Shown: positions 1 to 10,691 of the stretch, piece by piece
Layout: each line of letters opens with the position of its first letter
Position numbering within the stretch: the stretch's first letter is position 1
Origin: Nitrospirales bacterium
GTDB lineage: Bacteria > Nitrospirota > Nitrospiria > Nitrospirales > UBA8639
Assembly: GCA_965223295.1 (NCBI GenBank)
Contig: CBDCWC010000002.1
Coordinates: 1,216,001 to 1,280,000 of the forward strand
DNA: 64,000 bases
Direction of reading: 5' to 3'
Made by a program: the position numbers and the translations under genes
Notes under the pieces: model-generated
What the model was told of the DNA's origin: nothing
What the model saw: the letters and a program-made list of their open reading frames with translations, nothing else
Databases searched by the model: none

Positions 1-304
1 GGTAGGCCTGTTTCAGTTTTTCGCGCAGTTCCGAAAGAGTTTCTTCTATTTGATTGATCTGTTTCGTCCGTTCTTCCATTCCGGTTCCAAGTTGATCCAA
101 CCACCGATAACGCTCTTCCGCGGATAAGGAATCAACTCCGGCCTGGATACATTCTTCAAGTTCTATGACAATTTTTTCCATATCCCGACTCAACGCCTGA
201 CGCTTGGCAAGCTCCTGGCTTTTTTCCCATTCAGCCAGGACCACTCTTTCCCGAGCCAGATCTTCAACCTGTTGTCTAAATTTCAGCAGAGTTGTCCAGT
301 TCAT
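1..304 (-). CDS. fliJ: Flagellar export chaperone FliJ (partial, runs off window start)
   Basis: Manual translation gives MNWTTLLKFRQQVEDLARERVVLAEWEK..., an open coiled-coil-like frame. Its ATG overlaps the fliI stop (ATGA at 301-304), which is the canonical position after fliI. Confidence 0.72.
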   Translation of the reverse strand, partial: MNWTTLLKFRQQVEDLARERVVLAEWEKSQELAKRQALSRDMEKIVIELEECIQAGVDSLSAEERYRWLDQLGTGMEERTKQINQIEETLSELREKLKQAY

Positions 305-1644
305 TTAGTTGCTCCGTTCTTTCCGGCAAGATTCCGACTCTGTGCCGCTAAGACTTCAAGGTTTTGGATACTTGCCGCTAAACTCACAGCTGTTTCCCGA
401 GGTTGTCTAAGATAGTCATCAATCGGATCTTTCATCCTGATTGCCGAATCAAGTCGCATATTGGCTCCTGGCTGATACGCCCCCAAATTGATTAGATCTT
501 CGGAATTACGGTATTCCGCCATCGATCGAATAATCGTTTTGGCTGCCTCTGCATGAGAGTCCGAGACGATATCTGACATCACTCGGCTAAGACTTTGCAG
601 TACATCGATGGCTGGAAAATGTCCCTGCATCGCTAATTGCCGTGACAGCACAATATGACCATCTAAGATAGACCTCATAGCATCAACAACAGGATCATTG
701 AGGTCATCACCATCCACAAGTACGGTATACAAACCAGTGATAGATCCTTTTTCTAATGTCCCTACCCGTTCTAACACCTGTGGAAACAGTGTAAACACGG
801 AAGGGGGGTAGCCTTTGGTCGTGGGCGGTTCACCTGCGGCCAAGCCTACTTCTCGCTGGGCATGCGCCAAACGCGTGAGGGAATCGACCAGTAAGAGAAC
901 CTGGTTGCCTTGATCTCGAAAATATTCGGCAATTGCCGTCGCCACAAACACCGCACGTACGCGAACTAATGGCGATTGATCAGATGTGGCTACAACCGCG
1001 ACAGACCGTCGCAGACTCTCTGCTCCCAAATCCCGTTCTAAGAACTCTTTCACCTCGCGTCCGCGCTCACCGACTAAAGCAATGACATTGACATCTGCTT
1101 TCGTGTGACGACACAACATGCCCATTAACACACTTTTCCCCACGCCGCTTCCTGCAAAAATCCCCATTTTTTGTCCCACGCCACAGGTCAATAAGGCATT
1201 AATCGCCTGGACTCCGAGATCCATGGGCTCGGTAATTCGTTTGCGCCGTAAGGGCTCCGGAGCCGAGGCATATAACGCGTAACGTTGACTACGAGGAAGT
1301 GATCCCTTGCCGTCTACGGGTTGTCCTAAACCATCAACAACTCGACCTAGAAGATGTGGCCCAACGAGCAATCGTGGGGAACTAGGGTCATAACGAATTA
1401 AATCTCCTGCACCAATTCCCCGAACCGGTCCAAACGGCATCACGACAACTCGTTGCTCTCGAAACCCAATGACCTCTCCTTCTAAAACTGATTCCCGTCT
1501 CTGACTGAAAATATGACACCGTTGCCCTACAGAAGCCCCTAACCCCGTAGCCTCTAATGTGAGGCCCACGGCTTTGACCACACGCCCGGTCACGGCGACG
1601 ACGGAAAGCTCATCAAGACGTTGCTGTATGCTGGCCAGGCTCAC
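301..1644 (-). CDS. fliI: Flagellar export ATPase FliI
   Basis: Walker A GSGVGKS, GERGREV, LLVDSLTR, GEPPTTKGYPPS; flagellar context. Confidence 0.95.
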   Translation of the reverse strand: MSLASIQQRLDELSVVAVTGRVVKAVGLTLEATGLGASVGQRCHIFSQRRESVLEGEVIGFREQRVVVMPFGPVRGIGAGDLIRYDPSSPRLLVGPHLLGRVVDGLGQPVDGKGSLPRSQRYALYASAPEPLRRKRITEPMDLGVQAINALLTCGVGQKMGIFAGSGVGKSVLMGMLCRHTKADVNVIALVGERGREVKEFLERDLGAESLRRSVAVVATSDQSPLVRVRAVFVATAIAEYFRDQGNQVLLLVDSLTRLAHAQREVGLAAGEPPTTKGYPPSVFTLFPQVLERVGTLEKGSITGLYTVLVDGDDLNDPVVDAMRSILDGHIVLSRQLAMQGHFPAIDVLQSLSRVMSDIVSDSHAEAAKTIIRSMAEYRNSEDLINLGAYQPGANMRLDSAIRMKDPIDDYLRQPRETAVSLAASIQNLEVLAAQSRNLAGKNGATK

Positions 1645-2255
1645 AAGGAGGAAATCTCCAGACCAAATTCGGAGGCAATTGTCTCTAACTGCTGCTGAAG
1701 ACGGGCATCCAACTGCAGAGACGGTTGCTCAACTAAACAGCCTCCCCGCTCCACAGATTCATCCGCTTCTATAACCAAATGGTCTCCTTCAACAAATTCA
1801 GCTCTTAATTGTTCATGAAGTGAATCCAACGATTCTATATCGTGAGGATTGACCTTCAACGTCACAAGGCTCTTATTCACAAGAAGTTCAAGAATCTGGC
1901 GCACCTGCCTCACCAGAAACTCCTTGTCCGTCTCCACTTCTCGAAGAATAATCTTCTGAGAAATAGCAAGCGCAACTTCCACAATATCTCTGTCCTGCTC
2001 TTCAAGAGCTGAGACGCGTGCTCGGCCAATCTCATTTGCCAGATAAATCGCGCGTTTGAGTTCTTCTTCAACTTTGGCCTGACATTGCGACCGCCCCTCT
2101 TCAATACCTTTCTGCCGTCCCTGTTCAAAGGCCTGATGTTGTAGAGCGGAACAATCATGTCGCTGATCTTCCTCGTCTTGAAGTTTCGTTCCGTTGGGAA
2201 CCAGTTCCGCCATTTGAAATGTCTGTACTCGATGACTACGTTCCATAACCAGCAA
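1641..2255 (-). CDS. fliH: Flagellar assembly protein FliH
   Basis: GxxxG repeats (AFEQGRQKGIEEG), C-terminal ERGGCLVE...LDA; lies between fliG and fliI. Confidence 0.85.
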   Translation of the reverse strand: MLVMERSHRVQTFQMAELVPNGTKLQDEEDQRHDCSALQHQAFEQGRQKGIEEGRSQCQAKVEEELKRAIYLANEIGRARVSALEEQDRDIVEVALAISQKIILREVETDKEFLVRQVRQILELLVNKSLVTLKVNPHDIESLDSLHEQLRAEFVEGDHLVIEADESVERGGCLVEQPSLQLDARLQQQLETIASEFGLEISSL

Positions 2256-2258
2256 ACC

Positions 2259-3254
2259 TTAGACCATCTGCTCCTCGCCTTTTCCTCCAATGGCCACCCG
2301 TCCTTCACTGGCCAAGCGCTGTACAGTCTTAATAATATTTTGCTGTGCCGACTCCACATCACTGAGCTTGACTGGGCCTCTGGTTTCCATATCTTCTTTC
2401 AAGGATTCTGCCGCACGGCTCGACATATTCTTCATAAATTGATCACGCAATGGCCCATCAACTGGCTTTAAGGCCAACAGTAACTCCTCTTTGCTCACTT
2501 CGCGCAACAATTCCTGCATACCTCTGTCATCAACTTTATCCAGATCTTCGAAGACGAACATTTTCCCGCGTATTTCTTCAGCCACATCTGGATCTTTTGT
2601 TTCCAAGGCGGTGAAAATCTCGCCTTCCACGTTACGCTTTACAGAATTCAAAATTTCCGCGACCAATCCCGTGCCACCAACCGGAATCGCATTTTTAGAA
2701 GCTCCCAGACGCAATTCTTCTTGAAGCACCCCATTCAATTCATCCACCATATTGGGTGACACTTCTTCAGTAGTCGCCAGACGATAAATAATGGCATCCC
2801 TCTTCTGGGCAGGGAGTAACGATAAAATTTGGCCAGCCTGATCAGATTCTAAATTTGCCAAAATCAACGCCCCCGTTTGCGGATGTTCATAGGTCAGCAA
2901 ATTAGTAATTGACACGGCATCTAGTGACTTTAGCGTCTCAAAGCCGGCGTTATCTGAATTATTGAGAGAACTTAAGATACGGCGTGCCTTATCTTTTCCC
3001 AAGGCCGCGTTAAGAATCTTTGCTAGATAGGCTTTTCCTTCCACGCTCAAACCTGAGGTTCCGGCCAACTGCATATATTCTTTTAGAACATAACGATGTT
3101 CATCTTGACCTACATTCACGAGAGCTCCTAAATAGGCACCGATTTGCCGAATGTCTTTTTGATCTAAGACCTTTAAGACTTCTACTGCGGAGTCTTCCCC
3201 AATGGCCAGCAATAAAATTGCGGCCTTTTCATACCCGGATAAATGTTCACTCAC
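2259..3254 (-). CDS. fliG: Flagellar motor switch protein FliG
   Basis: KAAILLLAIG, EHPQ, MFVFEDL, NMSSRAA and GPVKLSDVESAQ motifs. Confidence 0.96.
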   Translation of the reverse strand: MSEHLSGYEKAAILLLAIGEDSAVEVLKVLDQKDIRQIGAYLGALVNVGQDEHRYVLKEYMQLAGTSGLSVEGKAYLAKILNAALGKDKARRILSSLNNSDNAGFETLKSLDAVSITNLLTYEHPQTGALILANLESDQAGQILSLLPAQKRDAIIYRLATTEEVSPNMVDELNGVLQEELRLGASKNAIPVGGTGLVAEILNSVKRNVEGEIFTALETKDPDVAEEIRGKMFVFEDLDKVDDRGMQELLREVSKEELLLALKPVDGPLRDQFMKNMSSRAAESLKEDMETRGPVKLSDVESAQQNIIKTVQRLASEGRVAIGGKGEEQMV

Positions 3255-3257
3255 GAA

Positions 3258-4853
3258 TTAAGCCTTTTGCTCTTGCTCTTCTTTGATCCACGTTCGAATC
3301 ACTTGAGCTGCTGTGGCAGGGTTTTCAGCCGCCAGTCTAAGGGCTTGTTCTTGCGGAGTTTCAGTGACCTCTGCCTCATACTCTGTAACTGTGGCTGGCA
3401 ACCCAGCCTGCGGCAGCGCCACCGGCTCAGCTGATGGTTTGGTTAAATTGAGAGCCATCGGACGAACGACAAACCATAAAACCATCACACCCAAAAAGAA
3501 AAATAAGACTGGCTTCAAGAATCCTCCCCAGGTCGCTAGAAAAGACTGGACACTCGCAGTCATTCCCTCTTCGCCTTCCTGAACCGCTGGGACCTCAAAG
3601 GGCACATTAACCATTTCAATTTGATCTCCACGCTCTTCAGAAAATCCCACCGCTTTTTTCACAATTTGTATAAGATTTTGAATTTCTTGTTCGGAACGAG
3701 GGACATAGGTTGTATCTTCAGTCGAATTGTCTTCCTGGGTTTCCGCGCCGTCTGCAATCTCATATGTCCCATCTACGAGGACCGCTACACTTAACCGTTG
3801 AATCGCACCAGTGGGCTCAATAATTTTGCTCACCTTTCGATTCACTTCATAATTGAGAGTCTCATTCTTTCTCTTTGCTTCCTTAGGGCCCGAGCCTCCT
3901 GTCGCCTTAAGATCGTTTGGCACATTACTTCGAACACCCGGCACACCTGCCCTTGCACCCTGCTCTGTCACTTTTTCCTGGCTCCGGTTTTCACTTCGCA
4001 CCACTTGGCTATTCGGATCAAAGCTCTCTTCGGTTATTTCGATTTGCCGGAATTCCAAAGGAGCTGTTACCCGTACGACCGATTTATCACGCCCTAAGAC
4101 TTGATCCAACATCGTCTGTACCCGTTGCTCTAAATCACGTTCAACACGACGCTGTGTGGCAATCTGTGTGGCCGTCAATTGAGCATCTTCATCTGCCGAA
4201 TTTTGACTCAGTACCTTTCCATGATTATCAACAACCGTGACCTGGCCAGGCTCCAATCCTTCCACGCTACTCGCCACTAAATGAACAATTCCCTGCACCT
4301 GTGCTCCGCCTAAGGTATTCCCTCGATTCAATGTCAGCACCACCGCGGCTTGCGCAGGCTTTTGCTCAGAAGCAAATAGACGTTTTTCTGGAATAACCAG
4401 ATGCACCCGCACTCGCTCGACTTGCGAGATCTGACTAATCGTACGAGCTAGTTCCCCTTGAAGCGCACGACGGTAATTCATTTGTTGGGTAAACGGTGTA
4501 ACACCCAGACCAGTTCGATCAAAAATTTCAAAGCCCACTCCTGCAGATTCAGGCAGCCCCACCGAGGCTAACTGCAGTCGTAATTCATGTACCCGTTCTG
4601 CGGGAACCTTGATAGTGTTTCCTCCTTCTCCCAGCTCATAGGTGACACTTTGCTTGCCTAACTCTTGAATGATGGCCCGAGCGTCATCCGCCTCTAACTG
4701 AGAAAATAGCACCACAAGCTCCGGCTCTTTTCCAAGGAGCATCAACATGGGAATTGTTGCAAGCGCCAACGCCAACACCACAACAACACCAAAGCGTTGT
4801 CCAAGAGTTAAGGCCTGAAAATTGTTGATGAGACTATCTGGAAATGTCGCCAT
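3258..4853 (-). CDS. fliF: Flagellar MS-ring protein FliF
   Basis: Two TM segments, GFEIFD, YRRALQGELARTI, ASSVEGL, RLSVAVLVDG, RGDQI. Confidence 0.96.
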   Translation of the reverse strand: MATFPDSLINNFQALTLGQRFGVVVVLALALATIPMLMLLGKEPELVVLFSQLEADDARAIIQELGKQSVTYELGEGGNTIKVPAERVHELRLQLASVGLPESAGVGFEIFDRTGLGVTPFTQQMNYRRALQGELARTISQISQVERVRVHLVIPEKRLFASEQKPAQAAVVLTLNRGNTLGGAQVQGIVHLVASSVEGLEPGQVTVVDNHGKVLSQNSADEDAQLTATQIATQRRVERDLEQRVQTMLDQVLGRDKSVVRVTAPLEFRQIEITEESFDPNSQVVRSENRSQEKVTEQGARAGVPGVRSNVPNDLKATGGSGPKEAKRKNETLNYEVNRKVSKIIEPTGAIQRLSVAVLVDGTYEIADGAETQEDNSTEDTTYVPRSEQEIQNLIQIVKKAVGFSEERGDQIEMVNVPFEVPAVQEGEEGMTASVQSFLATWGGFLKPVLFFFLGVMVLWFVVRPMALNLTKPSAEPVALPQAGLPATVTEYEAEVTETPQEQALRLAAENPATAAQVIRTWIKEEQEQKA

Positions 4854-4929
4854 ATACCCTGAACATTTGAGAAGGGTTTATCTTGCTATTTGCACGCAGT
4901 CCACAATACGGTTCATCCTTCAACATTAA

Positions 4930-5232
4930 CTAGACTTGCATTCGCATCACTTCTTGATAGGCTTCAACCATCTTGTTTCTGACTTGCATCAGCAACCGAA
5001 AGGACAGACCAGCTTTTTCTCCAGCGATGACCGCTTGGTGAATATTGACGTTTTCTCCTCTTGCCACGGCTTCCTCTAAGTGCCCGGCTTCATGTTGCAT
5101 GGCATTCACGGATTCCACCGCATTTTTCAAGATGTCCCCAAACCCTGGGCCCGCACCAGAAGTTGGTTTGACGGGCGTACTTCCAAATGGCTCGGCAATA
5201 GGTTCAATGCTCCGAAGGGTGGAATAGTCCAT
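4930..5232 (-). CDS. fliE: Flagellar hook-basal body protein FliE (ORF could extend to 5259)
   Basis: C-terminal QVRNKMVEAYQEVMRMQV signature. Confidence 0.93.
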   Translation of the reverse strand: MDYSTLRSIEPIAEPFGSTPVKPTSGAGPGFGDILKNAVESVNAMQHEAGHLEEAVARGENVNIHQAVIAGEKAGLSFRLLMQVRNKMVEAYQEVMRMQV

Positions 5233-5265
5233 CTCAACATTCCTTTCGTTCGTTGACACAAGTAT

Positions 5266-5709
5266 CTATCGACCCATCTCCAATGCGCGCAACGTCATGG
5301 TTTTCCCCGTCTCCATCACTGCGAGATTGGCTTCATAGGCCCTTGTTGCTGAAATAAGATTCACCATTTCTTCAATGGGGTTCACATTAGGCAAATGCAG
5401 AAATCCTTTGGCATCTGCATCCGGATGATCTGGATCGTAAATCGTCCGCAATGGCCGGGAGTCCTGAATAATATCTGTGACTCGAACCCCAGCAGGTTCC
5501 AACGGATCACCAAAGGCGCTTGAAAAAACCGAATGAAACGGAGTTTGGGTCGAGGTTGTTTGAAAGACCACATCTCTTCGAATATATGGCCCTCCATTAG
5601 GTGACCGTGTGGACTCGGCGTTGGCCAAATTGGTGGCGATGATATTTAACCGTTGCCGCTGGGAATCTAATGCCGATCCTACGACAGCAAAAACTCGATC
5701 AAGATTCAT
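5266..5709 (-). CDS. flgC: Flagellar basal-body rod protein FlgC
   Basis: NLANAEST, YDPDHPDA, PNVNPIEEMVNLISATRAYEAN. Confidence 0.96.
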   Translation of the reverse strand: MNLDRVFAVVGSALDSQRQRLNIIATNLANAESTRSPNGGPYIRRDVVFQTTSTQTPFHSVFSSAFGDPLEPAGVRVTDIIQDSRPLRTIYDPDHPDADAKGFLHLPNVNPIEEMVNLISATRAYEANLAVMETGKTMTLRALEMGR

Positions 5710-5816
5710 ATTTTTCCCCTTTCAGAAATAGGAAAACGTATCATCCCTCGCGTGCCCTCGTTTCAGAGCCTCTGTTCTTCGGTCGCTTCACGCCGACTCC
5801 TCACACATCACCGGTA

Positions 5817-6233
5817 TCATCGCCCTTCATCAATGGCCCGCTTCCAACCTTCAAATCGGCCATCCAAAAATTGGTTGACTGCCATGTATAGAATGGTATT
5901 TTCCGCCATTAACGTCATTTCTTTTTCCAAATTCACGGTGTTTTCATCAATGCCAGCTCCAGCATCTTCCTTGATCGTATGGTGAAAAATTCCGCTGCTA
6001 TCTTGGCCAAGCCCCATATGACGAGGATGTGTCGTGACAGACCCAAGGGGACCCTGTCCTCGAAGGACAGCCGAAAACGTTTCAGAAAATGGTAACTGCC
6101 TGGCTTTGTAGCCTGGCGTTTCTTCGTTGGCCATATTGGAAGCAATAGTTTCATGAACAGCGCTCCGCACATCTAGAGCTCGTTCAAATAAATGCGTTCC
6201 TGCATCCCAAGGAGAAATCATCATTGGGTTCAT
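5817..6233 (-). CDS. flgB: Flagellar basal-body rod protein FlgB
   Basis: IASNMANEETPGYKA, DENTVNLEKEM; lies upstream of flgC. Confidence 0.93.
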   Translation of the reverse strand: MNPMMISPWDAGTHLFERALDVRSAVHETIASNMANEETPGYKARQLPFSETFSAVLRGQGPLGSVTTHPRHMGLGQDSSGIFHHTIKEDAGAGIDENTVNLEKEMTLMAENTILYMAVNQFLDGRFEGWKRAIDEGR

Positions 6234-6321
6234 CCTTCACATGGTTTCATACGATAAAACTTGTGATTCCGGCGTCTTCCCATTAAACAGCAAGCATCCA
6301 CACCCCGACCTAAAATCCTTC

Positions 6322-7710
6322 TCAAACACCCAGTGGCAGTCCACCATTTAACTCCCGATATTCCCGCAATTTATTGCGCAACGTCCGGATACTAATCCCC
6401 AACGTCTTCGCTGCATGCGTTCGATTACTATTATGATGTTCTAACGTCCTCAAGATCAGATCGCGCTCCATTTCCCAAATCGTACCGGTGGGTGCCTGGG
6501 CCGCTCCCGAAGTTAATGTCGGTTCATCAAACTTGAAATGATGGACTTGCAATGGCCCATTGTCTGCAAGGAGGACACCTCGCTCAATGACATTCTCCAA
6601 TTCACGAACATTGCCTCGCCACGGACGACTTTTTAGATACATCATGGCTTCATCAGAAATTCCATGCCAGGTACGATTGTTCCGGCGAAACGATCGAATA
6701 GCGAATTGTTCAGCCAACAATTGAATATCTTCCGGCCGATCCCGGAGCGGAGGGAGGGTGAACGGCATGACGCTCAGCCGGTAATACACGTCTTCCCGAA
6801 ACCGACCGGCTTGCACTTCTTGCGCAAGGTTCCGATTGGTGGTCACAATCACTCGTACATCGACTTGAATAGGCTGTCTCGACCCCAGACGGTCAACCTC
6901 CCGTTCTTGAAGAACACGAAGGAGTTTCGCTTGCAGCCCTAAACTCATCTCGCCAATTTCATCCAGCAACAACGTACCCTGGTGAGCTAATTCAAACTTC
7001 CCTGCCCGCCTGGCCAATGCCCCCGTAAATGCGCCTTTTTCATAACCAAACAACTCACTCTCCAATAGACCTTCAGGCAATGCGGCACAGTTAATCGCCA
7101 CAAATGGCTGATGCGCACGTTGACTCTTTTGATGAATATGGCGAGCTAACACTTCCTTGCCGGTTCCACTTTCTCCTTGAATCAAAATGGTGGCTGTACT
7201 GCTCGACACCATATCCAACATTTTTAATGTTTGCAGCACCTTCGGATCTCGCGTAAGGAATCCCTCACGCCCATCACTTGGACTTGAAGTCGGAATAGTG
7301 CCATCGGGAGCCAGACCTTGGTCACTACGATCATCATCCAGTTGTTGAATGAGTTTTTCCAAACGATCAAAAGGAAATGGTTTTTGAAGATAATCTGTCG
7401 CCCCATGTTTCAGAGCTTCAACAGCCACATCCACGCCCCCATAAGCTGTCATAACCACAACCGGCATATGATATCCCTGGGTACGGACTTCCCGTAAAAA
7501 CTCCATGCCTCCTTTCCCAGGCAAGCTCAAATCAGTGAGCACGAGCCACGGAGCATCTCGCTCAACATGCTCTAAGCCCTCATGACCATCTCTTGCAATG
7601 GTGACCTCATAACCATGCTGACTCAGAACTTTCCTCAAAGCCGTTTGCAACTGCTCATCATCTTCCACAACCAAGATGCCCCTGCTCAGCCCACTCTCGG
7701 TATCTAACAT
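6322..7710 (-). CDS. Sigma54-dependent response regulator (REC-AAA+-HTH), FleR/FlrC-like
   Basis: REC (VVEDD...LTD), [24 protein letters not shown], Fis HTH LGISIRTLRNKL. Start moved to ATG 7710, which has an AAGGAG RBS and avoids overlapping the kinase. Confidence 0.9.
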   Translation of the reverse strand: MLDTESGLSRGILVVEDDEQLQTALRKVLSQHGYEVTIARDGHEGLEHVERDAPWLVLTDLSLPGKGGMEFLREVRTQGYHMPVVVMTAYGGVDVAVEALKHGATDYLQKPFPFDRLEKLIQQLDDDRSDQGLAPDGTIPTSSPSDGREGFLTRDPKVLQTLKMLDMVSSSTATILIQGESGTGKEVLARHIHQKSQRAHQPFVAINCAALPEGLLESELFGYEKGAFTGALARRAGKFELAHQGTLLLDEIGEMSLGLQAKLLRVLQEREVDRLGSRQPIQVDVRVIVTTNRNLAQEVQAGRFREDVYYRLSVMPFTLPPLRDRPEDIQLLAEQFAIRSFRRNNRTWHGISDEAMMYLKSRPWRGNVRELENVIERGVLLADNGPLQVHHFKFDEPTLTSGAAQAPTGTIWEMERDLILRTLEHHNSNRTHAAKTLGISIRTLRNKLREYRELNGGLPLGV

Positions 7711-7721
7711 GCCATTCTCCT

Positions 7722-8597
7722 TTAGAGAGGAAAAAAGAGATCGACAGTCGTCCCTTTTCCTTGTTGACTCGTGATATCGATCAAACCTTGATGAATATGA
7801 ACCACGTGCTTCACAATTGAAAGACCCAGGCCCGTCCCTCCTTTTCGCCTGGAATAAAATGGATGAAACATGTGCGAGATTTCTTCCTCGGACATTCCAC
7901 AACCATAATCTCGAATTCGAAGGAGCATGCCCTCCTGAGATTGTTGCTGTCCCTCCCTCATGCAAAGTCGCGATTCATTTCGGCAATCAATTTCGATCGT
8001 ACGACCTGACTCTGATGCCTGAATCGCATTCATCAGCAGGTTCAGGAACGCTTGTTTCAATAAGGATTCCTGGCCATACATGATCGCTTGATGGGTTGTT
8101 TGATGACGTTGAATCGTAAGATTTTTCTTTTGGAGCGGATACATAGCCAATAACTCCACATCGTCGAGCAACGCCAAAAGATCCACACAATCCCGCTGTG
8201 CATAAATGGGAGCGCTGAACACCAACATATTGGAGACCAACTGATCCAACGATCGCACAGCCTGAATACAATGCGCCGCCATTTCTTGACGCTCATCGTC
8301 CGTACAGTAATTACGACCTAACAATGTGGCGAACCATTCAATACTAGACAATGGATTTCGAATATCATGAGCGAGCTGTCCCACCTTTTCGCCCAAACTG
8401 ACTAATCGTTGGTGATGTTCCTCGTCTCGAGACCCAATCTTCTGAGGGCTATTCGTATGACCATTAGCCCTGTGCACAGATAGATTTAATGAAGGACTGC
8501 GAAGGGCTGAAGCGGCCCTTTCCTGGCTCGGAGCCTGCCTTTCTTGTTCTGCTATTCCATCCATCGCAGGAATGGCAGGTACTCTAGTTCCCTTCAT
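7722..8597 (-). CDS. Cytoplasmic histidine kinase (HisKA + HATPase), FleS/FlrB position
   Basis: H box AHDIRNPL, N box NLLMNAIQA, G1 DYGCG, G2 GGTGLGL; no TM or PAS segment evident. Confidence 0.88.
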   Translation of the reverse strand: MKGTRVPAIPAMDGIAEQERQAPSQERAASALRSPSLNLSVHRANGHTNSPQKIGSRDEEHHQRLVSLGEKVGQLAHDIRNPLSSIEWFATLLGRNYCTDDERQEMAAHCIQAVRSLDQLVSNMLVFSAPIYAQRDCVDLLALLDDVELLAMYPLQKKNLTIQRHQTTHQAIMYGQESLLKQAFLNLLMNAIQASESGRTIEIDCRNESRLCMREGQQQSQEGMLLRIRDYGCGMSEEEISHMFHPFYSRRKGGTGLGLSIVKHVVHIHQGLIDITSQQGKGTTVDLFFPL

Positions 8598-10666
8598 TGC
8601 CCTCCCCTTACTTGTGGTGCTCCTTTAAGAGAAAATTCATCGAGAATGGCACTGGCAGCAGCGCGAATCGTATTTTCAAAGTCGGGAGCTCGTGTCTCCA
8701 ATTGTTTCACTTCCGCCAATAGCTTTTGAGCTTCACCTGCCTGTCCTTGATACTCCAATGAAAGTCCCCACCTATATTTTGCCCAAGCTTTTAATGCCAC
8801 AGGTGCGTGAGAGGAAAGCACTTGATCGTAAAGGGGTTCGGCATCTGCATAGTCTCCCTCATCAAAGAGAAAATCTCCCAGCCGAACCACCTCCGCCATA
8901 TCCATAGGGTCAAGCGCCACGACCTTCTTGAGATCTTGAAGAGCAAGATCTCTCTTGCCAGATTTTTGATAGGCATGGGCCCGCTTTCTGAGAACAAATC
9001 GTCGTCGGTCTTTGTCCTCAGTGTAGTCCAGCACATCCGATAACTCCTGAATCGCTTGGATATAGTTTTCGCTTGCCAAAGATTCCATTCCTAACAGCGT
9101 GGATACATCTGCCCGCCACTGGCCTTGAGGATACCTATGGAGATACGCTTCACCAGCTTCACGAACCAGCCGGGTCTTTCCCTGAGTATTCGCGATAAAC
9201 ACTTTTTGAGCGAAGATTTCCTCGCGAAGAGGACTGTCCGGATATTCTTTCAACAATTGGTCATACCAACGCATCGCTTTGGATGGCAGATTGACTTCTT
9301 GGTAGGCCTGCGCGACGACTTTCACCCGTTCACGCTGTAAAGGAACTAAATGAAAGGCCTCTTCTTGGTCTTCATAAAATTTGAGTAATGCGACCCAGTC
9401 TTTTTGATCAGAGAAGACTTGAAGCTGTTTATCTAAGATCTCACTCAACCGTTGTTGCGCTTCTTCACGCCATGAATCGGAATTGGCCACCACCGCAAGA
9501 TGCGTAAAAGATTGGATAGCGGCTGGCGTATCTCCCAACTGATCATAGCCACGCCCCAACCACACCAAACTTTCTTCGACTAAATCGGGTTCTGGCGATT
9601 GACTCAAGATTCGGGCTGTTTCGACGACACTATCCCAGGATAGGGACACATAAATTTCTAAATCATCCAATCGCTCATATACATCTCCCCATTCCTCTTT
9701 TGAATGCTCTTCGGATAGGAATTTTACAACCCATCTTGTGAGAGCTGCTTGCCCGCGACGCCCGGCTTCTTGTTTCGGAAAACGTAAATGAGCTTGTTCA
9801 GCAAACCAGAGAGAAAGAAATTCATGACCATCTTCTAACAATTTTTCCGCAATACGATTTAGAGCATGCCCGGCTATTTCCTGATCTGGATGAAGATTCG
9901 CTGTGCTCAAAAACCGAGAAATAGCCTTCTGAGGATCGCCGATCGCTAACTCCGTCAATCCAAAATAATACGATGAATGCTCAGATTTTCGAATGAGTTC
10001 TGGTTGTTCAGCTTCAACCACTCGATACCAGTAATAGGCTTGCTTCCAAGCTTTGGACATGGCCGTGGCATCAGCCAAACCCAATGCCCCCCGCAGTCGG
10101 TGAGCTTCCCATTTTGGCTCCTCCACCACCCGTCGTAGAATGAGGGCCGCTTCCAGATATTGTTGATTTTTCAAATATCCCAAGCCCGCTTCGACCATGA
10201 CTCCTCCCGCTAGAGGATGCTCCGGATAATTGGCGAGAAATTCTGCAAACAACCCGCTGGCTTCAGAATGCCATCCCGCATCCCAATAGAGTTGCCCCAT
10301 CGAACAGAGAGCCCAAGGAACATACGCACTGTCCGGCTGCTGGATTTTTATCGCTTGGAGACGATCAATTTGAGTCAAAAATTCTTTTCCTTTTTCATCT
10401 GATTGATCGGGAAGTGATGCGAGTATCCACTGCGTCCCTTCCGCAAACACGCCTTCCTGGTGTTCCGAAAGATAAGTAGCAAACAACTCCCTGGCTTCCA
10501 AAAGAGCGCCTCTTTGAATCGCCTTCTGGCCTTGATGCACCAAAGTTGGCATAACCATGTCTCGCGGATATTGCCAAGGGAAATCCGAACAAGCCTTACC
10601 AGCAGCCACGCTTGGGCAGAGAACCGCCACACAGACAATCCAGAAAATACCTCTCACGTTTCGCAC
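8594..10666 (-). CDS. Exported tetratricopeptide-repeat protein (ORF could extend to 10696)
   Basis: Hydrophobic N-terminal signal-like segment and many TPR-like helical repeats with YP turns. Its stop overlaps the kinase start (ATGA). The start codon is uncertain. Confidence 0.78.
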   Translation of the reverse strand: MRNVRGIFWIVCVAVLCPSVAAGKACSDFPWQYPRDMVMPTLVHQGQKAIQRGALLEARELFATYLSEHQEGVFAEGTQWILASLPDQSDEKGKEFLTQIDRLQAIKIQQPDSAYVPWALCSMGQLYWDAGWHSEASGLFAEFLANYPEHPLAGGVMVEAGLGYLKNQQYLEAALILRRVVEEPKWEAHRLRGALGLADATAMSKAWKQAYYWYRVVEAEQPELIRKSEHSSYYFGLTELAIGDPQKAISRFLSTANLHPDQEIAGHALNRIAEKLLEDGHEFLSLWFAEQAHLRFPKQEAGRRGQAALTRWVVKFLSEEHSKEEWGDVYERLDDLEIYVSLSWDSVVETARILSQSPEPDLVEESLVWLGRGYDQLGDTPAAIQSFTHLAVVANSDSWREEAQQRLSEILDKQLQVFSDQKDWVALLKFYEDQEEAFHLVPLQRERVKVVAQAYQEVNLPSKAMRWYDQLLKEYPDSPLREEIFAQKVFIANTQGKTRLVREAGEAYLHRYPQGQWRADVSTLLGMESLASENYIQAIQELSDVLDYTEDKDRRRFVLRKRAHAYQKSGKRDLALQDLKKVVALDPMDMAEVVRLGDFLFDEGDYADAEPLYDQVLSSHAPVALKAWAKYRWGLSLEYQGQAGEAQKLLAEVKQLETRAPDFENTIRAAASAILDEFSLKGAPQVRGGQ

Positions 10667-10691
10667 GTTCTCCAACCTCAAAGAGGTATTC

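Noticed and set aside
6288..6307. Sigma54 promoter upstream of flgB (GGGGTGTGGATGCTTGCTG)
   Set aside because: GG-to-GC spacing is 11 nt rather than the required 10, so it is not called despite the expected location.
7711..7965. 85-aa N-terminal extension of the 6322-7965 ORF
   Set aside because: It overlaps the kinase catalytic domain; an RBS supports ATG 7710 instead.
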